NCBI GenBank assembly: GCA_963713605.1
Contig: CAVQMO010000004.1
Span: 1 to 64,000, forward strand
Reading direction: 5' to 3'
From: an uncultured Nitrososphaerales archaeon
Lineage (GTDB): Archaea > Thermoproteota > Nitrososphaeria > Nitrososphaerales > Nitrososphaeraceae
DNA: 64,000 nucleotides
Within the stretch, counting starts at the first letter, position 1, and each line of letters starts with the position of its first letter. A model generated the notes under the pieces. The model did not search any database and had not been told where the DNA came from. It was given only the letters and a program-made list of their open reading frames with translations. Shown piece by piece: positions 48,800 through 59,420 of this stretch. A program made the translations under genes and the position numbers.

Positions 48800-50116
48800 T
48801 CAATTATTGCCTCTTTCTATCGCTGAGGTGTCATTAGTTTTCTCTGAACTACGATTAAGTACTTTTGCAAATATCTTCGCTAATAAATTCGGATCCAAAT
48901 TTTGCTTTTCCAAATCTTTGTTTCTCATAATAGTTACATACTCTTTGAATTCCTTTTGAGGATCCTCTATCAGGAATTCTATATTATCAGCCAATGATTG
49001 GTCGTCGATGTTTTCTTGTTTGATATATTCAGGATAGTTTGGCCGATCTAGGATGAACTCAACAATATTGTAATCATTTGAATCTAAGGCTAGCTTTCTC
49101 AGGGCTGATTCCACCTCACCAATATTGAATGACGATCCATATGTTTTCTTACCCTTCAGAATGATTTTTACCCTTGCAGCAGTTGAATATTCATATCGTG
49201 TATTAAGCCCATGGGCATCAAAAGTATTTCTAACCCTCTTTATTATCTGGAAATTTGTATCCTCTGGGTAAATTTCAACTATATCAAAAATGATCCTTCT
49301 ATTTGATTGAATTTTCTTGGTAGTAATCCTTGGAGATGAATTTCCTTGTTCTAATTCGACCATAAGATATCCTTTTTCAGTATTAATCTCACTGAAATTC
49401 CATAATTCGGTTGACCCCGAATACCAGGCATGATCCGCCACCTTACGCATTTTGTGATCATCTCCCAGTGCAATGTACTGATAACTGCCTTTTAGAAAAT
49501 CTTCATGTAGTGTAGAATTCTCGATCATACCATGCGCCATGGCTATATTTATCAAATCAGAAGAAATAGAGTTATTCTGAACTTGAATCCAGTTTTTATA
49601 TATGGATTGCATACCCAGTGTGGACAGCGCCCGAGACTCAATTGAGGGATGCGTAATCACCCTCAGATTCAGATTATTAATGTCAATGAATAGAGGCTGT
49701 TGTGTTCTTAATGAGTCTCTTGCATCATAATGTGTGAATAAGTGGATATTATCGAAGGCAACTGGAAATACAGATAGAGTTGAACTACGATATTCCATGT
49801 ATCGTCCATGATTACCATCTATTATAATCAGAGGAATATTTGCATCATATAATTGCTTGAATGTCATTGCAGCAATTTTTCGTGCATACTCAGGAGGAGG
49901 ACTAGGATCGTAGCCAGCAGGGGTGTCAAAGAAGTCTCCGCAGTGTAGTATGACATCTGGCCTATTTCTAGCCTTATCTACTATTTCATTGACAAACTTG
50001 ATCCAAGCAGAGTGGAAGTCGTCTTCCAGTGGTCTTACTTCTTGGTTTACGATCCCAGAACGTGTTTGTCGAGGCCGACGACCAAGATGGGTATCAGAAA
50101 TATGTGCAATTTTCAT
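48800..50116 (-). CDS. Mre11/SbcD-like metallophosphoesterase nuclease
   Basis: HISDTHLG, CGDFFD, DGNHG, AHG, YIALGDDH and WYSGS. It ends 3 nt before the rad50-like start. Confidence 0.92.
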   Translation of the reverse strand: MKIAHISDTHLGRRPRQTRSGIVNQEVRPLEDDFHSAWIKFVNEIVDKARNRPDVILHCGDFFDTPAGYDPSPPPEYARKIAAMTFKQLYDANIPLIIIDGNHGRYMEYRSSTLSVFPVAFDNIHLFTHYDARDSLRTQQPLFIDINNLNLRVITHPSIESRALSTLGMQSIYKNWIQVQNNSISSDLINIAMAHGMIENSTLHEDFLKGSYQYIALGDDHKMRKVADHAWYSGSTELWNFSEINTEKGYLMVELEQGNSSPRITTKKIQSNRRIIFDIVEIYPEDTNFQIIKRVRNTFDAHGLNTRYEYSTAARVKIILKGKKTYGSSFNIGEVESALRKLALDSNDYNIVEFILDRPNYPEYIKQENIDDQSLADNIEFLIEDPQKEFKEYVTIMRNKDLEKQNLDPNLLAKIFAKVLNRSSEKTNDTSAIERGNN

Positions 50117-50322
50117 GGCCGTAACCTTCGATGTATATCAATGTTCTTGATGTGAGGTATTTGAACTTGTATCTTCATTAGTAGAGCTGATATACCAAGA
50201 AGTATCCTATACTTACTTTAACTCTTGCCTTTGACAACGGCTAAATTATAACAGCCAGCTCCGTCCATATTGCTGCTAATCTTAGAATCTGAAGAGCATC
50301 AACTATAATCATTTAATGTTAC

Positions 50323-50622
50323 TCAAGAAGGCGCATGTCGTCTATCTTTGATTTCTTGAGGAGTGATTATTGAAATACTGCCATTAGCGGCAGTTGTATC
50401 TGTTGAATTTGTTGTTGGAGCAGAAATATTGGAGCTCAAGATTGAGTTACTACCTTCACTACTTATGGTACTGTTTGGAGTTGATACAGCTAATGCAGTA
50501 TTTAAGTCAAGTAATGGATCATTTGTTTCTAATTGTAAAAATTCTCCAGCAGAAAATAAAAGTGATACAAGAAAAATTCCTGTAAGCAAGATAAACGCAA
50601 TATACTTGTTGGATAACAGCAT
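50323..50622 (-). CDS. Ser/Thr-rich secreted hypothetical protein (probably truncated)
   Basis: Signal/TM segment followed by a low-complexity S/T/N region. Confidence 0.45.
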   Translation of the reverse strand: MLLSNKYIAFILLTGIFLVSLLFSAGEFLQLETNDPLLDLNTALAVSTPNSTISSEGSNSILSSNISAPTTNSTDTTAANGSISIITPQEIKDRRHAPS

Positions 50623-50711
50623 ATTGTATATTATAAGGGAAAAATATTTATGCTTTTATGAATAATCGTTAAAGTCTTATATTCTAATATACTTCGACAA
50701 TATGAATGTGT

Positions 50712-50792
50712 TATTTATTTACTGTTGATGGAGTATTTATTGTACTGTTGATGGAGTATTTATTTGTACTGTTGATGGAGTATTTATTGACT
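50712..50792. repeat. ~4 x 21-24 bp tandem repeat with core ACTGTTGATGGAG
   Basis: Four adjacent copies separated by TATTTATT(T/G) variants. Confidence 0.9.
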
Positions 50793-51050
50793 GTTGATGG
50801 AGGCTATTATTCGTATTATTCCTCTACATGATAATAACATCAACTGAGATACATACACATTTTATGTAGCCAGAAATCTAGGAAGATGCATTATGAAATG
50901 AGTTATAGTTTTTGCCAAAATAGTATAGCCTACTACAATAGAAAGATTGATGATTTCTTAAATATCATGAATACATTCTAAATCCCTTAGAATATGAGAG
51001 TTTAATACATTGTTAGATAACTATATCAATTTTATATTGGATGGTCTTGT

Positions 51051-51353
51051 ATGACAAAAGTCATACAAAAAATTGTGAAGACGCCAATGGTGATGATGGT
51101 GGTCTTAATGGCAACAGCGGCAGTAGTTACAGCATCGATTCCGTATACTACAACTGAAAATACGTATGCAAAAAGTCCAGCTGCAAATACCGACAACGTG
51201 AAAGTTAAGCAATGCGTACAAGAAGAGATAGACGGATCTCCCCCAGGAAGCCTTTGCGGTCCGAGTGAACGGAGTATTGACGAAGATGATGTAGATGAGA
51301 TCTTTGATGATAGATTAGATGGAATATCAGTACCCTTACCACCGCCATCGTAA
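51051..51353 (+). CDS. Small secreted hypothetical protein
   Basis: Signal peptide, two Cys and an acidic/Pro-rich end. Confidence 0.6.
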   Translation: MTKVIQKIVKTPMVMMVVLMATAAVVTASIPYTTTENTYAKSPAANTDNVKVKQCVQEEIDGSPPGSLCGPSERSIDEDDVDEIFDDRLDGISVPLPPPS

Positions 51354-51947
51354 CCATCCAATATTTTTTTTGTTATTTTTGTTTCTCATTCATATCGCCA
51401 TGAGTCGTGTTTATCTGTCACATCAATTGAGGTAGGACCCACTTCACTTTCCTCCATCGGTTTATTCATCTCTTCATGTTCTTTATAGTTCCAATAATAG
51501 ATGTAATAGAAAATTGGATCATCTTCAATAACATTATTAATAATGATCCTATTTCTATGGAATCTGATGTAGCTATGATAGATAGAATGATAGGCGGAAA
51601 AGTATGAAGGTACTAGCTATATTTCAAAGCCAACAACTATGAAAGAATTAAATGAACATGTAGATCATTTGTTGCAGGAAAAATGTAACAGTTATAGAAT
51701 AGCTCTTGACCTGCCTGGTAGTAACTTGGCTGAAGTAAATAAGTAAATAGGCATGATTCCCCTTGCTATAACTCATCTGGTTTGAAGGAACGTTTAATTT
51801 CTCATACATGTCTAAATATATTCTAAATATCTCTCATAATGCTAAGAATAAGTATTACTCGGTGATGATAAGGGCTAATCTAATAGGTTTTCTATTGACA
51901 AAAATAAAAGGGGATGAAGTCAGTTTCAGTATTTCCGTGAATGCTAC

Positions 51948-52220
51948 TTACGGCACCAGTATATTGCCGATCTCTGGGAATGTTTGATCTGCTGCTAAGG
52001 CTACTCCGTTCTCGTCACCTTGAACCTGTGATCCAATGTTCTGACATCCGACGTTCAGCGGTAGTTCACCATTTCCACAAGCATTTGCTTGTGCGATCAC
52101 TTGGTTCTTCTCATATCTCTTCTTGCCATCTGCAAATGCACTGTCTGCTGTTGCAAGTGCTGTTGCTCCGACCAGCATGGCTGTCATTGCTGCTACGATT
52201 ACCAAATATTTGGTGTTCAT
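51948..52220 (-). CDS. Small secreted Gln/Asn/Gly-rich protein with two Cys
   Basis: Signal peptide ending in SAFA, then NQVIAQANACGNGELPLNVGCQNIGSQVQGDENGVAL. Confidence 0.75.
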   Translation of the reverse strand: MNTKYLVIVAAMTAMLVGATALATADSAFADGKKRYEKNQVIAQANACGNGELPLNVGCQNIGSQVQGDENGVALAADQTFPEIGNILVP

Positions 52221-52313
52221 AATTGGTATCAGAGTAGAAGTTTTGTATTTACATTAGGCAAGTTCAAACGCTCTCATAAATCTGATATTTTTTCTATTAG
52301 AACGAACGAGAAG

Positions 52314-52511
52314 CTAACGCATAGCCAAACTTTCTTCTTCAGACCATGCTCGTCTAAGAGGTATAATTTTTTTATTATCTTCATTCCACCATCTAATCAT
52401 GCCATTACATTTGCGGCATCGCAATTCTATTCTCGAACCGATTATCACAAATTTGGCTGTATTGGAATTAGTCATTAGCCGATCACAAATGCATTCTTTA
52501 GTCTGTGGCAT
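52314..52511 (-). CDS. Small zinc-ribbon-like protein
   Basis: CIC and CRKC motifs. Confidence 0.45.
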   Translation of the reverse strand: MPQTKECICDRLMTNSNTAKFVIIGSRIELRCRKCNGMIRWWNEDNKKIIPLRRAWSEEESLAMR

Positions 52512-52771
52512 GTACTAACTGCATAATACCGAAGAAATAGTTAATACTAAATCCGATCCTCATGACTATTAGAAGAGTATTGATATTAGTACTTGTCAGA
52601 TTTGATAAGATAGCGATCTAATCTCTGCAGAACTTGATTTACAGTAATCCAAATGGTCCACACAACAATAATAGATATTAAGAAGGTAGAAACTCTCCAC
52701 AACGAACATGATCAAAGTCACACATGAGCTGAATTGTGTCAGTTAGATTCCTATTGTTAGAATCTATTACT

Positions 52772-53110
52772 TTATGATATTAGCGGTTTTGTTCTATCAT
52801 ATCTTTCGTAATGGCCAAGACTATTCAAATCCAATTCTTTCAAATCTTTCTGGTTTTTCATCTGGTATCCTAATGCAATTATGTCTATCGGCTTAACATG
52901 TACTGGTAGTCCAATAATTTTTGTAACTTTATTATCTTCAAATGCTCTAACAAAACTAGCTCCAATACCTTCATTAATTGCACTCAATAATATAATCATG
53001 AAAGCAAATGCACCATCGATAACGCTGTAGGATTCTGTGCCTCTTTTTCTGTACCTATTAACAGATCTTGATGTGTTTGAACATATAACTATTAGAACAG
53101 GCATCCTCAA
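52772..53110 (-). pseudogene. Nitroreductase C-terminal fragment
   Basis: YSVIDGAFAFMIILLSAINEGIGASFVRAF...IALGY. Confidence 0.7.
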
Positions 53111-53421
53111 CTTGACGTTGTCCTAGAAAATAGTAGTGAAAGTTCGAGGACTTGCCAGTGCTAGGATTCTTCTCAAGACTCATATGATTCTCTCCTTTCT
53201 AGGCCTTCCTTCCAAGTTTGCTTGTTATTAAACCAAACCTCCATATCTATTTAACACAAGCCATTAGTAGTAATTTCGGTATGATTATGCCCTTTAATTC
53301 GTGACGGATCACTAATCTGACTTGACAAGTAGCCTACTGTAAACTTTGATTTGATTCCGTATGTTGATGTGTTTTGACATGAGCATGGATGTATGAGCTG
53401 AAAAGAAAAAAAGAGTTTACG

Positions 53422-53694
53422 CTATTTGACTTCAGCCTCTGCTGCTATTTTACTCAATGCGTCTTCTGTCGTCTTCTGGAAGCTGTCTATTGCGAAACCC
53501 TTTCCAAGAAGAGGAATACCAGACAAGTCAATTTCCCAGACCGCATCAACCTTCGTGGTTGCATTATTTTCAGCAGATGGACTCAATGTAAGCAATCTAC
53601 TACCTGTGACAGGTCCTTCTGTGATATTTGTTTGTACTACAAATTGTTCTGGATCTACATTTACAAATTGGTGTTGACCAACAGTTTGCTTCAT
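53422..53694 (-). pseudogene. SRPBCC-like C-terminal fragment fused behind an alpha/beta-hydrolase-like fragment (53700-54094)
   Basis: ITEGPVTGSRLLTL...VDAVWEIDLSGIP...TEDALSKIA. Confidence 0.55.
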
Positions 53695-54610
53695 GGTTCC
53701 AATACCATATTGTCTGCTCTAAATATAGCGATTGGCCCTGAATTAATAACTGTATTGTCTTTAGGCTTTCCGCAATGTGCACTATAGAATTCTGCATCAG
53801 GAGTACGTGCATACCAACCTCCACTATCCACAAAATCGGTAACCTTGTCCAATTTCCATCATTGTTGATATCAAGGTATGATTCCAACATCCTTGTAGCA
53901 GTTATGTTACCAATTTCTATATTATACATATCATCTCTTCTCAGTATAACTTCCGATCCACCAGATCGATTTCTTCCAACCGACAGTGCCATCAGGATGA
54001 AGGCCACCAAAATATGCTGTACCTTCGCTGGGTACCTCATCATTACGTTTTCCTTCACGTGAGTACCACTCCCCTCTAAGGAAGTTAATAGCATTCTAGT
54101 CCATGGGTAACGATTTCTTATGCGTAGACTGTGTTAATATCACTGGCGATTAATAACGACTTTGGAAGTATAGAAAAACCTAATTCTTCGAGTATACTTA
54201 TTAGCAAGCAGTGATATTCTAACCACTTTCACGCTCGGGTCATTGTTACTTAGACTAGTAACAGTAATAGATAGGTGTCATCGATAGAACTTGACGAGTT
54301 TTACTACAGGAATATGCTCTTCACAGTACTCGTAGCCAAGGTTATATTTGTAATTACATATAGGACATATCTTTATGTTCTTATCTTTATCCATAAGGGT
54401 CAGTTACGTCTTTATTCATAAAAGGTATTCCGGAACATGGTTATCTCAGATAAAGATAGGACGACCATGAATTGTAGCCGCGGCCGTAAATGTAAATAGT
54501 TTGTTCTGGCTCTAGTAATCCTTTACTTGATCCATATTTTTAGCTGGACTTTAATCTAACACGAAGCAACGTCAGAATCCTGATATCTAAGGAGATACAA
54601 TCGCTAATTT

Positions 54611-55067
54611 ATGAGCCTAGATAATTAGCAGGTATGTTGTCCCAGAAAAGTGGAGTTCAGCAGTCGATGGGCAGCACACAATAATGAGTGTTATAATTAG
54701 TTTCGTTGTTCAAAAGATGATGGGGCAAGGCATAAGCAATATGCTGTCAGGTGGAGGTGGCGAAGGCAACTTGGGGAGTATGCAATCAATGCTATTAGGT
54801 CTAGGAAGCTTGAATGGGGATCACGAATTAGTCAAACAGGTGCAGCAAAAGGCAGAAGTGCAAGATCCAGAACAAGCCAAGCAGTATACCCAACAAGGGG
54901 TAGACTTACTAAATGAACAATCCAGAAGTAATCCACAAGGAATACAATCTCTACTAGCTGGTTTTATGGGTGGTGGAAGTGGTTGTCAACAAGGTAAAGG
55001 CGGAGGTGGAGGCTTAGGTGGCATGATTGGAGACGTACTCGGGGATAGGATCTTTAGTTTTGAATAA
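54611..55067 (+). CDS. Gly/Gln-rich hypothetical protein (frameshifts near the 5' end)
   Basis: Low-complexity GGGLGGMIGDVLG tail, with an ATG at 54611 upstream of the listed ORF. Confidence 0.55.
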
Positions 55068-55294
55068 TGATAATACAAACTGATAGCAAAATCCGGGGTA
55101 GACGGCCATATATCTACGCACTATTCCAATGCTCGTCTACCTAATTCTTCTCATCTGGAACGAGTTTGGTCCGTCTGGCTTTTTAGTAAATGACCAAACG
55201 GATGAAAGTCCTATCTGATACTTCCATTAGATAACCAAGTTCCGGAACATCTTTTTATCTTAATGTTTTCTTAGACTATAAGTTCCTATGCGAA

Positions 55295-55334
55295 GGGCGG
55301 CCAGAATCTGAGTTGTTCAATGACCTGGCCGCCC
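55295..55334. repeat. GC-rich hairpin GGGCGGCCAG-N20-CTGGCCGCCC with a degenerate copy at about 55434-55479
   Basis: Perfect 10-bp stem. The second copy shares ATGCG(G)AAGG...TGGCCGYCTACCT. Confidence 0.75.
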
Positions 55335-55551
55335 TACCTTTCTAGTCACCATATTATAAAATGTAGTACATTAGACTACAGGCAGCTGGAGTCTTTAAAT
55401 CATTTAAAGAACTAAACTGTCTGTCATGCGGAAGGTGGCGATCAAATTGGGCTTCACAACAACAATTGGCCGTCTACCTGATCTAATAACTATCAAAATT
55501 ATTTTTCTCTAGGTCCAAGAGATTCTTCTTCCAAAATTTGGGATTTGAGTC

Positions 55552-55719
55552 TTACTTCTGTTTCAAACGTTCTCTTATAGAAAACGCCTCAGCGAAGAAG
55601 TTAGTTGAGAGTGGAGGAGATGCTACATTCATATCTTCGTGAGCTACACCGATCTTCTGCACACCGTGCTTTACTCTTGTTGCCTTATTAACACCTGCTC
55701 CAAATACGTATACTTTCAT
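55552..55719 (-). pseudogene. N-terminal remnant of a SIR2-like domain gene
   Basis: MKVYVFGAGVNK...SPPLSTNFF...KQK*. A beta strand followed by GAG and PPLxxxFF is typical of SIR2-like N-termini. Confidence 0.5.
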
Positions 55720-55829
55720 ATTATTGAGGAGAATAAGTTTCGCGTGTAAAATTACCTATAGTATCTTCACAGATGCCCTAATTCAAATGATGTTAAAAGT
55801 AATACTCTAATACATGGATACAAAGGCCG

Positions 55830-56456
55830 TCATCTCTTTTTTGAGTTTTTTAATACTACGAATAATGCAGCAGGTAACGGATCTAAGGTGCCTTGATACA
55901 CCGTGTCCTTAATTTTTATGACTTTAAACGACTCTTTCTCGAATATTTCGCTTATCTTCTTCTTAGAAAACCTGTATGGTCCCCCTTCTCTTTTTTCATT
56001 AATACTAAAACATTTTAGGAACAGTATGTCATCCTCTTTGAGGATCCTTTTTATTTGCTTGACATATGTTAGCCTGTCTGAAGGATGTAGAACATGAAAA
56101 CATCCACGATCAAATATGTAATCGTATTCATCCTCCTTGAAATTAGAATGCAGAATATTATCGACCACAAAGCTGACATTCGGTTCGCTACCGTAAACCT
56201 CTTTTGCTCTATGAATTGCAGCTTGAGAAATATCTGAACCTGTCACCAAGTGTCCTTTCCTAGCAATCTGTACAGCTTGAGTAGCCGGACCTGTGCCAAG
56301 ATCAAGAAATCTCCCTTTGTGGAGAGCTTTTTGTTTCGATATCTCCTCTTCCAAATCAGAATCTAGTTTCTCATTGTACCATGGCATAGTTTCCACTTGC
56401 TGATTCTTATACATACTATCCCACTCCGGAAAACCTCTGGAATTGCTATCTATCAC
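55830..56456 (-). CDS. Class I SAM-dependent methyltransferase (TPMT/TehB-like)
   Basis: MPWY, FLDLGTGP, IFDRGCFH, LKCFS. Confidence 0.88.
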   Translation of the reverse strand: MIDSNSRGFPEWDSMYKNQQVETMPWYNEKLDSDLEEEISKQKALHKGRFLDLGTGPATQAVQIARKGHLVTGSDISQAAIHRAKEVYGSEPNVSFVVDNILHSNFKEDEYDYIFDRGCFHVLHPSDRLTYVKQIKRILKEDDILFLKCFSINEKREGGPYRFSKKKISEIFEKESFKVIKIKDTVYQGTLDPLPAALFVVLKNSKKR

Positions 56457-56909
56457 TCGATGTGATTCTATTCATTAGTCTAATTTGTACCTATAGTAGT
56501 TAGAATTTCTGATTCCAGCCTACTGCCATTCAAAAGGTTTGTTTCATAAGAGAAAACTCGTATGCAAATTGGTATGATTATTGTCTTGATAGTAGTAAAA
56601 TAAGCCTATCATGCCAAGTCATAATATTTGTTCGTGTGGTCCGTGAGAACTGAGTTTTTTCTGCTACTCTCGTCATTGTCTCTCAATCTCAATCTAAGGT
56701 TTGAGAAATAAAGAAACTCCTATAACAAACTGTGGCTATAGTAGTCATGCTGCCATACCCGTATAGCAGCCAATCATCCTCGCAAGTTGACTAGTAGCCC
56801 AGTACTCCTACTGTCATAAACCCACTTGCATTGTAGGCATGCATAGTGACGGTAGATGGGACCTTTCAGCTTACGAGGAAGGTAGGAAAACAAAACAGAC
56901 AAAAAACGG

Positions 56910-57506
56910 AGACACGTCCAGGGACAAGTTCTTCCGGGGGAAATTAATCCCATCGGTTGATTGTACAGAATAAGGTGCGTGGGATCCCTGGCACGCGCAC
57001 AATTTCGTTATCAACACTATTTCTTAAGGTGTGAGTACGGTAAAAAAAGGAATCTAGAAGTGAATAATTCGACCTCTCCTATTCTTTCATTCTCTATATT
57101 TGAAAATCGTAGCTACGGATATAAACCATGGAGACATATGTACTACTACAAGTAAGCATCTTCCAGGAGAATCGTAGAATCGTGCCATCTACCATAAGGT
57201 GCCGAAATGGTTTCATCTTACACTGTGTGTGGGACTTCTGGCACACACACCTTTTTGTGATTATCTAACAGATAATGGGAACGATATTCTAAAGATGAAT
57301 AATTTAAAGTTGAATGAACCGACTCAGCAATGGATTGACATTCTCGTTCTCAATAATAGTAAAAAGTAGCTACGAATATAAATCCTGCAGCAAAACATAG
57401 GAATGCAAAGGGCATCTGCCAGGAGAATATTGCATCAGCAACCGGTTATCTGATGTCTTTTTGGCTGTACATTTTGCATGTGTGTGGGACTCCTGGCGCA
57501 CACATG
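56910..57506 (+). ncRNA. Tandem array of three putative pseudoknotted ncRNA units (period ~250 bp)
   Basis: Conserved 3' hairpins at 56975-57000, 57224-57249 and 57477-57506. Their loops are complementary to upstream CCAGGGA/CCAGGAG. Compensatory and G.U pairs occur, and TATA-like ATATAAA precedes two units. Confidence 0.6.
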
Positions 57507-58147
57507 AATATATAATTTTCAATGGGACAAGAAAAACGTTAAGAATTGTTTAGCATACAAAACACTTACAGATAAGCATTCTCAATAATAGGAAAACGAA
57601 ATTTTATTTTCTCATGATGAGGCAAGTCTATCTCTTTCTTACCGAACTCATACTCATCAAGCTATCAGCATGCGAGACAACGAGAGGGCTAGGTTTGGAC
57701 TTCTATCCTTTTATGATTGAAATATGGCCTAGATTCAAGCCTTTGCTTACTAGGTTATTACTAGTGATAATAGTAATCAAAGCTTGAACCTTGTAATCAC
57801 TAATACTGCGATACAATTTATTTGTGTTCACATGACTATTATGTCGTCGAGTGTATTGGTGATGACTGTATATGCTATCGGCTTCTTACTTGCATTCTAT
57901 GCCCTTTTTGAAGTCAAAGTCATATATTAGTTGCAATTAATACTTGAGCCAGGGGATAACGTTATCATAGATTGGTGAAAGACTATTCCACTCTCGTCGA
58001 ACCAGTTTATCATATACGAAACGCTAATTGTTACTCCTCTATAATACGGAGCAATATAGCGAAAATGTAATGGTCGCATAATATCATCACACCTTTAAGA
58101 AATGAAAGGTGTAAATCCCCGAAAATACTAAAAATTTTATAGGAATT

Positions 58148-59420
58148 ATGAGTTTCAGAGCAAAAGAAGAAAGCCATTTTAGTCATAAGAAATCAAGACA
58201 AACAGAAAATGTGCTTGTGTTGCAAGGAGGGGGTTCTCTAGGAGCATTTGCGTGTGGTGTATTCAAAGCTTTGGTAAAAAAGAAAATAAGAATAGATATA
58301 GTCGCTGGCACATCCATGGGAGCCATTAATGGAGCTATAATTGTAGGAAGTAAAAGTGACCGTCCTGAGAATGACCTTGAAGAGTTTTGGTTAGAGATTG
58401 CAGAGAGCAATTATAAGATGATTCCCGATATCTATCTGATCGATTACGATATCCATAATCAGAGATATATACCAAAGCAAATATCTTCTGCTTCAGCCAA
58501 TGCTGCAATATTCGGAGTTCCAAAGGTGTTTATTCCAAGATGGTTGAAGCTACAACCTACTAAGCAGGAAGTATTGCCAGATGGCGTAGACTACGGACAA
58601 CGACCACCGCCGTATTTTGCTGACCCACGGGAGTGGACTTATCTATACGACCATTCGCCACTTGTAAAGACACTTGACAAATACATAGATTACAGCAAGA
58701 TTAATCTGGCCGCAACTAAAGAAGAGCTACCAGAAGTCCTTCGACTTATAATAACCTCAGTAGATGTCATGACTTCTAGACCACTTATATTCGATAATAC
58801 CAAAATGGAAATCAAAGCAAAACACATTCTAGCAAGCTCTGGCTATCCCATATATGGATTTCCTTGGATTGAGGTTGAAAAGGGAGTTTATGGATGGGAT
58901 GGTAGTCTGCTTAGCAATACCCCGGTAAGAGAAGTGACTTTCTGCATCCCCACGAAATGACAAAAATATCTTTATTGTAGAAAATTATACTCGAAATATT
59001 CACAGACTTCCTTCTAATATGGCAGAAGTTGAAAGTAGAGCTAAAGACATACTCTTTTCTGATAAGAATATGGACAATATCAAAATGTCTAGACTTATTA
59101 CCAGACAAATTCAACTGATAGAACGACTTTATGAAGTCTTTGATAAGCTAGTGGACCATTCAAGGCTCGATGCTAAAGAGGTAGAAAGGATAAAGGAAGA
59201 GTACAATACACTAATAGAAAACTATGGCGCAGTCATAAGATCAGTCACAAGAATAGTTAGAACCGACCTTGAATCTCCTTCCATATTACAGAATGCAGAT
59301 TTTTCTCTCAAGACAATTAAAGAGCTGAATAGGTACAAGGTGAGAGAAAAACACTCGAAGAAGTGGCATATTGTGATAATATACAGTATCAGTTTTAACA
59401 AAACAAAATGCTTCTCATAG
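58148..59420 (+). CDS. Patatin-like phospholipase with DUF3734-like C-terminus (frameshifts near 58940 and 59330)
   Basis: LQGGGSLG, GTSMG and WDGSLLSNTP, with ADFS near the C-terminus. Confidence 0.88.

Noticed and set aside
50712..50792. Possible mini CRISPR array
   Set aside because: The repeats are adjacent, with no unique spacers and no cas genes. It is a simple tandem repeat.
56910..57506. CRISPR array or HDV-like ribozyme reading of the ncRNA array
   Set aside because: The ~250 bp period and non-identical repeats do not fit CRISPR. The P3/L3 spacing and the catalytic C of J4/2 needed for an HDV fold are not evident.
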